From the NCBI GenBank assembly GCA_964016885.1, contig OZ024764.1:13268001-13332000 (forward strand): 64,000 nucleotides of DNA. Reading direction: 5' to 3'. The translations under genes and the position numbers were made by a program. The notes beneath the pieces are model-generated. The model searched no databases, had not been told where the DNA came from, and saw nothing but the letters and a program-made list of their open reading frames with translations. Origin of the DNA: Eledone cirrhosa (Eukaryota). Positions 39,053 through 52,302 of the stretch are shown here, piece after piece. Every line of letters begins with the position of its first letter. The first letter of the stretch is position 1.

Positions 39053-41003
39053 GGGTGTTGTTGTTGTAGTTGTGGTGATGCCAGTGGTGGTGATGGTGTT
39101 GTGGTAGTGGTAGTGTTGTAGTGGTAGTGATAGTGGTGAGGTGGTGTTGTAGTTGTGGTGATGGTGTTGTGGTAGTGGTAGTGATAGTGGTGAGGTGGTG
39201 TTGTAGTTGTGGTGATGCCAGTGGTGGTGATGGTGTTGTGGTAGTGGTAGTGATAGTGGTGAGGTGGTGTTGTAGTGGTAGTGATAGTGGTGAGGTGGTG
39301 TTGTAGTGGTAGTGATAGTGGTGAGGTGGTGTTGTAGTTGTGGTGATGCCAGTGGTGGTGATGGTGTTGTGGTAGTGGTAGTGATAGTGGTGAGGTGGTG
39401 TTGTAGTGGTAGTGATAGTGGTGAGGTGGTGTTGTAGTGGTAGTGATAGTGGTGAGGTGGTGTTGTAGTGGTAGTGATAGTGGTGAGGTGGTGTTGTAGT
39501 TGTGGTGATGCCAGTGGTGGTGATGGTGTTGTGGTAGTGTTGTAGTGGTAGTGATAGTGGTGAGGTGGTGTTGTAGTTGTGGTGATGCCAGTGGTAGTGA
39601 TGGTGTTGTGGTAGTGGTAGTGATAGTGGTGAGGTGGTGTTGTAGTTGTGGTGATGCCAGTGGTGGTGATGGTGTAGTGGGAGTGTTGTGGTAGTGGTGA
39701 GGTGGTTGTGGTGTGGAAGTGTTGTTATAGTATTAGTGGTACTGGTGTAGTGGTAGTGTTATTGTAGTGATAATGTGTTATGGTGGTAGTGATGGTAATG
39801 TGGTGGTATTGTTGTAGTAATGGTAGTGGTGTTGTAGTGGTAGTGGTGGTGTTGTGGTGGTTGTGGTGTTGTAGTGGTAGTATTGGTGTTGTGGTGGTAG
39901 TGGTGGTGTTGTAGTGGTAGTGGTGGTGTTGTGGCAGTGGTGTTGTAGTGGTAGTGGTGTAGTGTCAGTGGTGTGTTGGAGGGGGCAGCAGCAGTAGTAG
40001 TATTGTTGTTGGTGGTGTTGCTGCTGATGGTGGTGTTGATGTTGCTGCTGATGATGGTGGTGTTGATACTGCTGCTGCTGCTGGTGCTGCTGTTTGTTGG
40101 TATTGCTGCTGCTGATGATGTTGCTGTTGGTGATGGTGGTGCTGCTGCTAGCGATGGTGGTGATGTTGTTGGTGTAGTTGCTGTTGCTGATGGTGTTGGA
40201 GTAATCTTTGGTGTCAGTATTGGCAACATCAGATGCAGCAGTCACACAGCATCACACCCACCCTCATACTACACCAGACCAGACCAAACTAGACCAGTTC
40301 AGACCAGACCAGACCAAACTAGACCAGTTCAGACCAGACCAGACTAGACCAGACTAGACTAGACTAGACCAGACTAGACTAGAGCAGACCAGACCAGACC
40401 AAACTAGACCAGACTAGACTAGACTAGACCAGACCAGACTAGACCACACCAAACCAAACTAGACCAGACCAGTTCAGACCAGACCAGACCAGACCAAACT
40501 AGACTAGACCAGACCAAACTTGACCAGACCAGACTAGACTAGACTAGACCACACCAAACCAGACCAGACTAGACTAGACTAGACCAGACCAAACTAGACT
40601 AGACTAGACCAGACCAGACTAGACTAGACCAGACCAAACTAGACTTTACCAGACCAGACTAGACCAGACCAGACCAAACTAGGCCAAGGCTAGAGACCAG
40701 ACCAGACCAGACCAAACCAGAGAAGGCTAGACCAGACTAGATCAGGCCAGGCCAGACCAGACCAGATCAGATCAAACTAGGCCAAGGCTAGACCAGACCA
40801 AAACAGATCATACAAGACCAAACCAGACAGAGCTAGACCAGACCAGACCAAACTAGACCAGTTCAGACCAGACCAGACCAAACCAGACTAGACTAGATCA
40901 GACCAGACCAGACTAGACTAGACCAGACCAGTTCAGACCAAACCAAACAGGGCTAGACCAAACCAGATCAGACCAAACTAGATCAGACTGGGCCAGACCA
41001 GAC
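39053..41003. repeat. (GGT/GTA)n low-complexity tract followed by (GACCA/GACTA)n
   Basis: Direct inspection. Lies just downstream of the NFATC2IP stop codon. Confidence 0.93.
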
Positions 41004-41025
41004 AACACCACACACCCAAACACTG

Positions 41026-41187
41026 CTATGTCTGCACAAGATCCAGGCAGTCTCCATCCAAAAGGCCATAGGCAGCTGGGGTGAGGGATGTATTGATGAG
41101 GTCACCGTCAAAATAGAGCTTCAGGTGTTGCGAGTTCAAATTCTGCTTCTTCCGATAGATGTCCAGGAGACCTTGGAATGGCTCAAA
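41026..41187 (-). CDS. NFATC2IP: NFATC2IP last exon, SUMO-like domain 2 (FEPFQGLLDIYRKKQNLNSQHLKLYFDGDLINTSLTPAAYGLLDGDCLDLVQT*)
   Basis: Acceptor ctctctccag, 54 codons to TAG. The 'L.FDG....TP...GL.DGD.LD' Rad60/Esc2/NIP45 SLD signature is present and there is no C-terminal di-Gly. Confidence 0.9.
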   Translation of the reverse strand, partial: FEPFQGLLDIYRKKQNLNSQHLKLYFDGDLINTSLTPAAYGLLDGDCLDLVQT

Positions 41188-41235
41188 CTGGAGAGAGAAG
41201 AGAAAGAAAGAAAAAAATAAATAAGGTTGGCAAAG

Positions 41236-42280
41236 TGATCATGGAGGTGCCATGGCAAAAAAGCACCCAGCCCACACTGTAAAGTGGTTGTGGAGGCGCC
41301 ACGGCAAAAAAGCACCCAGCCCACACTGTAAAGTGGTCATGGAGGCGCCACGGCAAAAAAGCACCCAGCCCACACTGTAAAGTGGTAATGGAGGCGCCAC
41401 GGCAAAAAAGCACCCAGCCCACACTGTAAAGTGGTCGTGGAGGTGCCACAGCAAAAAAGCACCCAGCCCACACTGTAAAGTGGTCGTGGAGGCGCCACGG
41501 CAAAAAAGCACCCAGCCCACACTGTAAAGTGGTCATGGAGGCACCACGGCAAAAAAGCACCCAGCCCACACTGTAAAGTGGTCGTGGAGGTGCCATGGCA
41601 AAAAAGCACCCAGCCCACACTGTAAAGTGGTCGTGGAGGTGCCACAGCAAAAAAGCACCCAGCCCACACTGTAAAGTGGTCGTGGAGGCGCCACGGCAAA
41701 AAAGCACCCAGCCCACACTGTAAAGTGGTCATGGAGGCGCCACGGCAAAAAAGCACCCAGCCCACACTGTAAAGTGGTAATGGAGGCGCCACGGCAAAAA
41801 AGCACCCAGCCCACACTGTAAAGTGGTCGTGGAGGTGCCATGGCAAAAAAGCACCCAGCCCACACTGTAAAGTGGTCGTGGAGGTGCCACGGCAAAAAAG
41901 CACCCAGCCCACACTGTAAAGTGGTCGTGGAGGTGCCACAGCAAAAAAGCACCCAGCCCACACTGTAAAGTGGTCGTGGAGGCGCCACGGCAAAAAAGCA
42001 CCCAGCCCACACTGTAAAGTGGTTGTGGAGGCGCCACGGCAAAAAAGCACCCAGCCCACACTGTAAAGTGGTCATGGAGGCACCACGGCAAAAAAGCACC
42101 CAGCCCACACTGTAAAGTGGTCGTGGAGGTGCCATGGCAAAAAAGCACCCAGCCCACACTGTAAAGTGGTCATGGATGCGCCACGGCAAAAAAGCACCCA
42201 GCCCACACTGTAAAGTGGTCATGGATGCGCCACGGCAAAAAAGCACCCAGCCCACACTGTAAAGTGGTCATGAAGGCCAC
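41236..42280. repeat. 49-bp tandem array from the SINE/RTE 3' tail; shorter arrays at 8490-8772 and 47385-47630
   Basis: Unit gtggaggtgccacggcaaaaaagcacccagcccacactgtaaagtggtc, which is single-copy in ordinary SINE copies. Confidence 0.93.
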
Positions 42281-42945
42281 ACGGCAAAGCATAAACGAAC
42301 TAAGGGAGAAATTAGGAATAAGAGGGATCAGATGTTGTTTACTCGAGAGAAGACTACGTTGGTACGGTCACGTGATGCGCATGAAAGACGACAGCTGTAT
42401 AAAAAAGTGCAGGGCGATAAAAATAGACGGTAGCCACGGAGTAGGCAGACCCAGAAAAACCTGGGACGACTTGATAAATTCCGACCTCACACACTTACAC
42501 CTCTCCAAGACAATGTCACTGGACCAAGATCTTTGGCACTACACAGTAATACAGAAGACCCGCCTTGCCTAAGTACAAAGCGAAACCTACAGTCAGTAGG
42601 CACCTCTAACAAAAATACACCCCTGTCCCACTACCCCCACTCCATCCCCTTCAATGTGAAGTTATGTTGGTACCACAACATCCAGTCCGAAACAAATGAG
42701 GTCGTGTAGGTGTCACGACAAAAAAAACACAGTCCACGCTGTAATGTGGCCGTGTAGGTAACACGGTAAAAACCTCCCAGTCCACACTGTAAACGTGGTT
42801 GGTGTTAGGAAGGGCACCCAGCCGTAGAAAACCCGCCAGACTGTCCTACACGAGCGAGACAACCAATCTTGCCTCAAGTGGGAAAACTCCCGTCCAAACC
42901 CATGCAGGCGTGGAAGATGGACGTTAAACGATGATGATGATGACT
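42281..42945 (+). mobile_element. RTE LINE 3' end; further 3' ends at 1427-1710 (-), 57907-58392 (+), 58466-58880 (+) and 63610-64000 (-)
   Basis: RRLRWYGHVMRM...GRPRKTW. 3' UTR is shared with 62027-62541 and ends in a (GAT)n tail. Confidence 0.9.
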
Positions 42946-43570
42946 GACTAATATCGTATTAAACTTTAAACAATGTACTCTTTGTATAAATTTAGACAAA
43001 TGCGTATATCTAGTTTAATAATATCCTTTTTAAATACAATTATATGGCCTTTGGATACTTAAGGGCATTCTAATTTTAAATTTATAATTGTAATTATTTT
43101 CTAAATTATATAATGATTATTTTTTAATATAAAATCTCTTTAATATAAAAAATTTTTTTTTAATATAATTTAATTTGGATTACCTTCGGGATGAAGAAAA
43201 TATTAAGTCTCTTCTTTCTCATGTTTGCAAATACTTTAAATATATTATACTATAATATAAATACTTGTAAATTTTATAGTCTGAAATATTAAGCCTTTAG
43301 ATTAATTCACTATTTCGAACTAACATAAAGATTCGAAATTTAACGGTCATCTGGATGCGCTGGGATATATATAATTGATTAATTGACTATTTCTAATTAA
43401 CTTAAGGATTCGAAAATAAACCGTCATATAACTACACCTAGATATATTTGATATTTTGATTGATTGATTATTTCTAGATAATTTAATGATTCGAAATTAT
43501 TCATTCACAAAGCTAAGCCCGAATATATATTTATATATATATTTTTGCATCATCTAATTATATGCTATTT

Positions 43571-43916
43571 CATCATCATCATCATCATTTCATTTTACGT
43601 CCGCTTTTTCCCTGCTTGCAAGGGTGGGACGGGAACTGATTCTGGCTTGATTTCTACAGCTGGATGCCCTTCCTAACACCAACCCCATTTACAGTGAGTG
43701 CTGGGTGCTTTTTTGCCGTGGCACCTCCACGACCACTTTGCAGTGGAATGATAGGGACCCCAGTCCCTATCATCTCATTTCTACAGCTGAGTAAACTGGA
43801 GCAATGTGAAATAAAGTGTCTTGCTCAAGGAAACAACACATCACCCGGTCTGAGAATTGAACTCACAACCTTTCGATTGCAAGGCCAATGCTCTAACCAC
43901 TAAGCCATGTGCCTCC
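43571..43916 (-). mobile_element. tRNA-head SINE family A with RTE-like tail; copies at 6590-6850 (-), 8778-9118 (+), 15707-16153 (+), 35325-35660 (-) and 47209-47750 (+)
   Basis: A/B boxes tggcttagtggtt / gagttcaattc, central ccttgagcaagacacttt, tail ggaagggcatccagctgtagaaa...(gat)n shared with the RTE 3' UTR. Confidence 0.88.
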
Positions 43917-44061
43917 ATATTTATCCATGACAATACAATTCTCCACGTCTCTCTATCCTTAAACAATTTTCTTTTGCTTTTATGCATAAGATAATTCTAT
44001 ACTTTGAGTCTTCAGGGAGAAGTGGACGTAAAATGAAATGATGATGAAATGATGATCTTAC

Positions 44062-44189
44062 CTTCCCAACTGACATGTTCATATTATATTTCTTATGGTC
44101 ATTGCTTTGGATAACAAGCTGGACAATGTCCGGACCTGTTCGGTCAGCCATGACTTGGTCACTGTCTGTATCCTTGGAAACCAAACAAA
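44062..44189 (-). CDS. NFATC2IP: NFATC2IP exon, linker and start of SUMO-like domain 2 (CLVSKDTDS...VQLVIQSNDHKKYNMNMSVGK)
   Basis: Acceptor attttgcag, donor AAG|gtaaga, 128 nt, phase 1-0. Confidence 0.85.
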
Positions 44190-44261
44190 CTGCAAAATAA
44201 CAGACATAAGTGTAGGACTCTGCAGTCTGGTAGAGCCCACAACAACCTTCCTAGTAATGAT

Positions 44262-45635
44262 GCCACAAAAAAATACACCCAGTACACTCTGTAAAGTGGT
44301 AAAGCTGGTGCCATGATAAAATACACCCAGTACACTCTGTAAAGTGGAAATATGATGTTGTGATAAAATGCACCCAGTACACTCTGTAAAGTGGTAGTGT
44401 TGGTGTCATGATAAAATACACCCAGTAGACTCTGTAAAGTGGTAGTACTGGTGTCATGATAAAATACACCCAGTACACTCTGTAAACTGGTAGTACTGGT
44501 GTCATGATAAATACATCCAGTACACTCTGTAAACTGGTAGTACTGGTGCCATGATAAAATACACCCAGTACACTCTGTAAACTGGTAGTACTGGTGTCAT
44601 GATAAAATACACCCAGTAGACTCTGTAAAGTGTTAGTACTGGTGTCATGATAAAATACACCCAGTAGACTCTGTAAAGTGGTAGTACTGGTGTCATGATA
44701 AAATACACCCAGTACACTCTGTAAACTGGTAGTACTGGTGTCATGATAAAATACACCCAGTACACTCTGTAAACTGGTAGTACTGGTGTCATGATAAAAT
44801 ACACCCAGTACACTCTGTAAACTGGTAGTGTTGGTGTCATGATAAAATACACCCAGTAGACTCTGTAAACTGGTAGTGTTGGTGTCATGATAAAATACAC
44901 CCAGTAGACTCTGTAAAGTGGTAGTACTGGTGTCATGATAAAATACACCCAGTAGACTCTGTAAACTGGTAGTGTTGGTGTCATGATAAAATACACCCAG
45001 TAGACTCTGTAAAGTGGTAGTACTGGTGTCATGATAAAATACACCCAGTAGACTCTGTAAACTGGTAGTGTTGGTGTCATGATAAAATACACCCAGTAGA
45101 CTCTGTAAAGTGGTAGTACTGGTGTCATGATAAAATACACCCAGTACACTCTGTAAACTGGTAGTACTGGTGTCATGATAAAATACACCCAGTACACTCT
45201 GTAAACTGGTAGTACTGGTGTCATGATAAAATACACCCAGTACACTCTGTAAACTGGTAGTGTTGGTGTCATGATAAAATACACCCAGTAGACTCTGTAA
45301 ACTGGTAGTGTTGGTGTCATGATAAAATACACCCAGTAGACTCTGTAAAGTGGTAGTACTGGTGTCATGATAAAATACACCCAGTAGACTCTGTAAACTG
45401 GTAGTGTTGGTGTCATGATAAAATACACCCAGTAGACTCTGTAAAGTGGTAGTACTGGTGTCATGATAAAATACACCCAGTAGACTCTGTAAAGTGGTAG
45501 TGCTGGTGTCATGATAAAATACACCCAGTACACTCTGTAAAGTGGTAGTGTTGGTTCTACGATAAAATGCACCCAGTACACTCTGTAAAGTGGTGGTGGT
45601 GGTGTTGTGATAAAATACACCCAGTACACTCTGTA
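44262..45635. repeat. 48-bp tandem array
   Basis: Unit ctgtaaagtggtagtactggtgtcatgataaaatacacccagtacact. Confidence 0.93.
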
Positions 45636-45752
45636 TTAACATCAGTATGAGCAGCCAGTTGCAGCCAGTTTGAACAGAAAGAGGTGAGAGAATTCTGACT
45701 AGATGCGGCTGGTTTAACCAAAGTTAGACAACAATAACAACATCACACTTAC

Positions 45753-45897
45753 CTAATATGTCAGAAGCCCGTAGCTTTAAAGAAGCAGGGGACTCGTTCT
45801 GATGTACAGTAGTATCATTGAGAAGTAGCATCAGGTGGTCTTCGCCCTCCTGTAATTCTGTGGCTAAATCAGCAAACAGCTTACAGAATGTATCGTT
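45753..45897 (-). CDS. NFATC2IP: NFATC2IP exon, SUMO-like domain 1 (NDTFCKLFADLATELQEGEDHLMLLLNDTTVHQNESPASLKLRASDIL)
   Basis: Acceptor gtctccag, donor G|gtaagt, 145 nt. Resembles NIP45 SLD1 '...ILLLFGETELSPTATPRTLKLGVADII'. Confidence 0.88.
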
Positions 45898-46483
45898 CTG
45901 GAGACAGACAGACGGACAGAGAGAGAGAGATAGAGAGAGAGAGAGAGTGAGACAGACTCGGAATGAAACAAGGTAGACCAACATGTTATGTAGTTGTAAA
46001 TCTTTTCCTTACTATCTAAACTATAATAAAGTAAGGAGTGCGAGACTGCATTCAAAATATATTTTTTTATCCCACTTGTAAAATAAGTTGGATTACTTTG
46101 AATAAATAATTGTTTCTACTTTTTGGCACAAGGCCAGCAATTACCCAGTACATTACTGGTACTTTATTTTATCGACCCCGTAAGGATGAAAGGCAAAGTT
46201 AACCTCGGCGGGATTTGAACTCAGATCGTTAAGGGACGTAACTATGCTGGAAAGCATGGTGTCTGACCCTCTACCAATACTGCCAATCCACCATTACTTT
46301 GAATAAATAATGAATGAATATTACATAATTTATCTACTAAATTTTGTTATTCTTGATTAAATATAAATAATTTTTTTGCTTATTTTAATATTCACTTCTT
46401 TAAAATGTTCAAATGTCAACACTTCTGGTTAGCGATCGCTTAAATAAACTTTAATATTTTCTCCTAATGCAGTTTATATCTCA

Positions 46484-47201
46484 CTAGCAGCTGAGCCCGG
46501 TTGCACTCGGGGCCACTTTTTATTAAGTTAATAATTTGAAAAATATTATTGAAAGTTTATTATAAAGAAGCAGTTTCAGGAAAAAAAATAGAAATATGCA
46601 CTTGGGGCTGGACGGCGACAATGAGAAGTGGAGCGACGTGAAAAGCGTTGTTTATTAACAGCGAAATAGCAATGTCGATGATATGCAATTTGAAAAATAC
46701 TACTTACTGTTAGTGGTGGTTAACATGTATTAGAATTAAAATAAAAACACGCGTCCCTTCTTCGCAATTTAAGGGTTTTATTTCTTTTCATGGAAAACAG
46801 TGACCGTATTGCAGAATCGATTTCATAAAACGGTACTGTATGATCGTTAAATGTAGAAGGATGATAGTTTATTAACAGCGAAATAGCAATGTCGATGATA
46901 TGCAAGTTTAAAAATGCATATTATGAAGGTTTGTATGATAGTTTACACTTTTTCCTGAAACTGCTTCTTTATAATAAACTTTCAATAATATTTTTCAAAT
47001 TATTGGTACTGTATGTTAACAGCGAATGGGGCCCCAGGGACCACATTTTTCAAGTTAGAGATTTGAAACCTCGTCTATTTGCTTCCTTGGCACTTTTTAC
47101 ATAGGTGTGTAAATTTTCATGTCAGTCCGACCACGTCTACTACCGTTTAACCTTGCATATCTGAATTTCAACCACCGCCCATTTCACAAATATATATTAG
47201 A
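46484..47201 (-). mobile_element. Non-autonomous Helitron
   Basis: Minus strand: A|TCTAATATAT 5' end. 3' hairpin cccg-agtgcaac-cggg lies 8 nt before CTAG|T. No TSD. Confidence 0.8.
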
Positions 47202-48006
47202 TATATATGGAGGCACATGGTTTAGTGGTTAGAACATTGGCCTTGCAATTGAAAGGTTGTGAGTTCAATTCTCAGACCGGGTGATGTGTTGTTTCCTTGA
47301 GCAAGACACTTTATTTCACATTGCTCCAGTTTACTCAGCTGTAGAAATGAGATGATAAAACTGGGGTCGCTATCATTCCACTGCAAAGTGGTCGTGGAGG
47401 TGCCACGGCAAAAAAGCACCCAGCCCACACTGTAAAGTGGTCGTGGAGGTGCCACGGCAAAAAAGCACCCAGCCCACACTGTAAAGTGGTCGTGGAGGTG
47501 CCACGGCAAAAAAGCACCCAGCACTCACTGTAAAGTGGTCGTGGAGGTGCCACGGCAAAAAAGCACCCAGCCCACACTGTAAAGTGGTCGTGGAGGTGCC
47601 ACGGCAAAAAAGCAGCCAGCACTCACTGTAAATGAGGTTGGTGTTAGGGAGGGCATCCAGCTGTAGAAATCAAGCCAGAATCAGTTCCCGTCCCACCCTT
47701 GCAAGCAGGGAAAAGTGGACATATGATGAAATGATGATGATGATGATGATATAATGTGTCTATGTTCATTTAGCAGTATGTATGTGTCTCAAGTTGCGTA
47801 TATTGAAGTTTGTGTGAGTTCCTCAAATTTCTATTTGTCTCTGTTAATGCGACAGACAGACCGACAGACAGACAGACAGACAGAGACGACCGACAGACGA
47901 CAGACAGAGACGACCGACAGACAGACAGACAGACGACAGACAGACATAAAAATATCTGCATAGAGAAAGAAAAATGCAAATGTGTTAACGCATAAAAAAC
48001 ACTCAC

Positions 48007-48535
48007 GTAGTTCATAGGAAATCGTTTGACCTCCAGGTCAACCTTCACCATTACGACAATGCTTCGACTTTCTTCAAGAAATCCACCAACGCCATCATCA
48101 CCACTACCACCGCTACTAATAATACTACTACTACTACCAATAATACTACTACTATTACTAATATCTTCTATATTGTTCTGCCTTCTTCTCTTACGACCGC
48201 AACCGCGACGCTGACGGCGTCCAACACCAGCACCACCAACGCCGTCAACACCGCAGACACAACAGTCTTTGCCGCTCACACCACCACCACCGTCGTCCTC
48301 ATTGTCATCTTCGTCGTCGAGAACAATGAGACTGTTATCAGACACCAAATCGTCAACCTCAACATAACTGTCATTGCCATCCAGAGCAGAACCACTGTTA
48401 ACCGCCGCCGTGGTTGGATGAGCTGTCAACCTCAATTGACGAGCGGTACAGCGGTGACAGGAGCACGACGGTGGTAGTGGGGGTGGTATCGGTGCATGGG
48501 AGGGTGGTAAGTGGTGTCGTGGAGAATTCAAAATT
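48007..48535 (-). CDS. NFATC2IP: NFATC2IP exon (disordered acidic/basic region and start of SUMO-like domain 1, IVVMVKVDLEVKRFPMNY)
   Basis: Acceptor ttcaacag, donor TAC|gtgagt, 529 nt, phase 2-0. Contains an NLS-like RKRRR and SIM-like VEVDD/LIVLDDED. Confidence 0.8.
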
Positions 48536-48542
48536 CTGTTGA

Positions 48543-49090
48543 ATGGTGATGGTTAAGGGGTTGGTTCAGGTGATGGTTAATAATGGTTAAAGTGATGGTT
48601 AAGGGGTTGGTTTAGGTGAGGGTTAATAATGGTTAAAGTGATGGTTAAGAATGGTTTAAGTGATGGTTAAGAATGGTTAAAGTGATGGTTAAGGGGTTGG
48701 TTTAAGTGATGGTTAAGGGGTTGGTTTAGGTGATGGTTAAGAATGGTTAAGGGGTTGGTTTAGGTGATGGTTAGAGTGATAGTTATGGTGATGGTTAAGG
48801 GATTGGTTCAGGTGATGGTTAGAGTGATAGTTAGTGTGATGGTTAAGGGGTTGGTTCAGGTGATGGTTTAGGTGATGGTTAGAGTGATAGTTAGTGTGAT
48901 GGTTATGGTGATGGTTAAGGGGTTGGTTCAGGTGATGGTTAAGGGGGTTGGTTTAGGTGATGGTTAGTGCAATGGTTAGTGATGGTTAAGGGGTTGGGTT
49001 AGTGTGATGGTTAAGGCGTGAGGTGATGGTTAAGGTGATTGGTTTAGGTGATGGTTAAGGTGTTGGTTAGTGTGATGGTTAAGGCGATGA
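48543..49090. repeat. (GGTTAA/GGTGAT)n low-complexity tract
   Basis: Direct inspection. Confidence 0.9.
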
Positions 49091-49650
49091 GGAATCGATT
49101 GGTTGAGAGGGAAGGAGAAGAAAAAGAGAGAAAAAGAAAGATTATAAGAAAATAAGAAAACAAAAACAACAACAACAATTTCTAGTACAGGCACAAGGCC
49201 AGCAATTTGGGGAGGGGGAGGGGAGAAAGTGATTTAATCTACCCTAGTACATTACTGGTACTTTATTTTATCAACCTCTGTAAGGATGAACGGCAAAGTT
49301 AACCTCAGCGGGATTTGATCTAAGAGCATAAAGGGCCGTAACTCTATGCCGCAAAGCATAGTGTACGATGCTCTAGCGATACTGTTTAACAGTAAATATA
49401 ATGATTAATTCTACTTTTGGCACAAGGCCAGCAATTACCCCAGTGAATTACCGGTACTTTATTTTATCGACCCCGTAAGGATGAAAGTTATAGTTAACCT
49501 CGGCGGGATTTGATCTCAGAGCATAAAGGGCCGTAACTCTATGCCGCAAAGCAAGGTGTCTGACACTACCGACTCAGCCAAATCACCACTAATAATGGTT
49601 TCTGATCTAGGCACAAGGCCAGTAATTTTGGGGGAGGGGGGGAAAGTTAA

Positions 49651-51196
49651 TTAACCCTTTAGCATTTACATTACTCTATATATACTATTGTATTTTCACA
49701 GTAAAGGCTTTACCTCACATAATATCTCACATAACATTTACATTACTCTATATATACTATTGTATTTTCACAGTAAAGGCTTTACCTTACATAATATCTC
49801 ACATAACATTTACATTACTCTATATATACTATTGTATTTTCACAGTAAAGGCTTTACCTCACATAATACCTCACATAGCATTTACATTACTCTATATATA
49901 CTATTGTATTTTCACAGTAAAGGCTTTACCTCACATAACATTTACATTACTCTATATATACTATTGTATTTTCACAGTAAAGGCTTTACCTCACATAGCA
50001 TTTACATTACTCTATATATACTATTGTATTTTCACAGTAAAGGCTTTACCTCACATAATACCTCACATAGCATTTACATTACTCTATATATACTATTGTA
50101 TTTTCACAGTAAAGGCTTTACCTCACATAATACCTCACATAGCATTTACATTACTCTATATATACTATTGTATTGTCACAGTAAAGGCTTTACGTCACAT
50201 AACATTTACATTACTCTATATATACTATTGTATTGTCACAGTAAAGGCTTTACCTCACATAACATTTACATTACTCTATATATACTATTGTATTTTCACA
50301 GTAAAGGCTTTACCTCACATAACATTTACATTACTCTATATATACTATTGTATTTTCACAGTAAAGGCTTTACCTCACATAATATCTCACATAACATTTA
50401 CATTACTCTATATATACTATTGTATTGTCACAGTAAAGGCTTTACCCCACATAATATCTCACATAACATTTACATTACTCTATATATACTATTGTATTTT
50501 CACAGTAAAGGCTTTACCTCACAACATTTACATTACTCTATATATACTATTATATTTTCACAGTAAAGGCTTCACCTCACATAACATTTACATTACTCTA
50601 TATATACTATTGTATTTTCACAGTAAAGGCTTTACCTCACATAACATTTACATTACTCTCTATATACTATTGTATTTTCACAGTAAAGGCTTTACCTCAC
50701 ATAATATCTCACATAACATTTACATTACTCTATATATACTATTGTATTGTCACAGTAAAGGCTTTACCCCACATAATATCTCACATAATATTTACATTAC
50801 TCTATATATACTATTGTATTTTCACAGTAAAGGCTTTACCTCACATAATATCTCACATAACATTTACATTACTCTACATATACTATTGTATTGTCACAGT
50901 AAAGGCTTTACCTCACATAATATCTCACATAACATTTACATTACTCTATATATACTATTGTATTGTCACAGTAAAGGCTTTACCTCACATAACATTTACA
51001 TTACTCTATATATACTATTGTATTTTCACAGTAAAGGCTTTACCTCACATAATATCTCACATAACATTTACATTACTCTATATATACTATTGTATTTTCA
51101 CAGTAAAGGCTTTACCTCACATAATATCTCACATAACATTTACATTACTCTATATATACTATTGTATTTTCACAGTAAAGGCTTTACCTCGCATAT
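49651..51196. repeat. ~69-bp MITE-derived array (reverse orientation), starting at the TTAA-CCCTTTAGC end
   Basis: Mix of 60-bp and 72-bp unit variants. Confidence 0.92.
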
Positions 51197-52263
51197 TACC
51201 ACTTTACAGAGTGTACTGGGTGTATTTTATCATGACACCAACACTACCACTTTACAGAGTAGAGTGTACTGGGTGTATTTTATCATGACACCAACACTAC
51301 CACGTTACAGAGTGCACTGGGTGCGTTCTATCATGGCACCAACACTACCACTTTACAGAGTGTACTGGGTGTATTTTATCATGACACCAACACTACCACT
51401 TTACAGAGTAGAGTGTACTGGGTGTATTTTATCATGACACCAACACTACCACTTTACAGAGTGCACTGGGTGTATTTTATCATGACACCAACACTACCAC
51501 TTTACAGAGTGTACTGGGTGTATTTTATCATGACACCAACACTACCACTTTACAGAGTGTACCGGGTGCGTTCTATCATGGCACCAACACTACCACTTTA
51601 CAGAGTGCACTGGGTGCGTTCTATCATGGCACCAACACTACCACTTTACAGAGTGCACTGGGTGTATTTTATCATGACACCAACACTACCACTTTACAGA
51701 GTGTACTGGGTGTATTTTATCATGACACCAACACTACCACTTTACAGAGTGTACTGGGTGTATTTTATCATGACACCAACACTACCACTTTACAGAGTGT
51801 ACTGGGTGCGTTCTATCATGGCACCAACACTACCACTTTACAGAGTGTACTGGGTGTATTTTATCATGACACCAACACTACCACTTTACAGAGTGCACTG
51901 GGTGCGTTCTATCATGGCACCAACACTACCACTTTACAGAGTGTACTGGGTGTATTATATCATGACACCAACACTACCACTTTACAGAGTGTACTGGGTG
52001 CGTTCTATCATGGCACCAACACTACCACTTTACAGAGTGCACTGGGTGCGTTCTATCATGACACCAACACTACCACTTTACAGAGTGTACTGGGTGCGTT
52101 CTATCATGACACCAACACTACCACTTTACAGAGTGTACTGGGTGCGTTCTATCATGACACCAACACTACCACTTTACAGAGTGTACTGGGTGTATTTTAT
52201 CATGACACCAACACTACCACTTTACAGAGTGTACTGGGTGTATTTTATCATGACACCAGTACT
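51197..52263. repeat. 48-bp tandem array, inverted relative to 44262-45635
   Basis: Unit actaccactttacagagtgtactgggtgtattttatcatgacaccaac. Confidence 0.93.
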
Positions 52264-52302
52264 ACTCGACTCTACAAAAAACCCACAAAACAAATCACTC
52301 AC

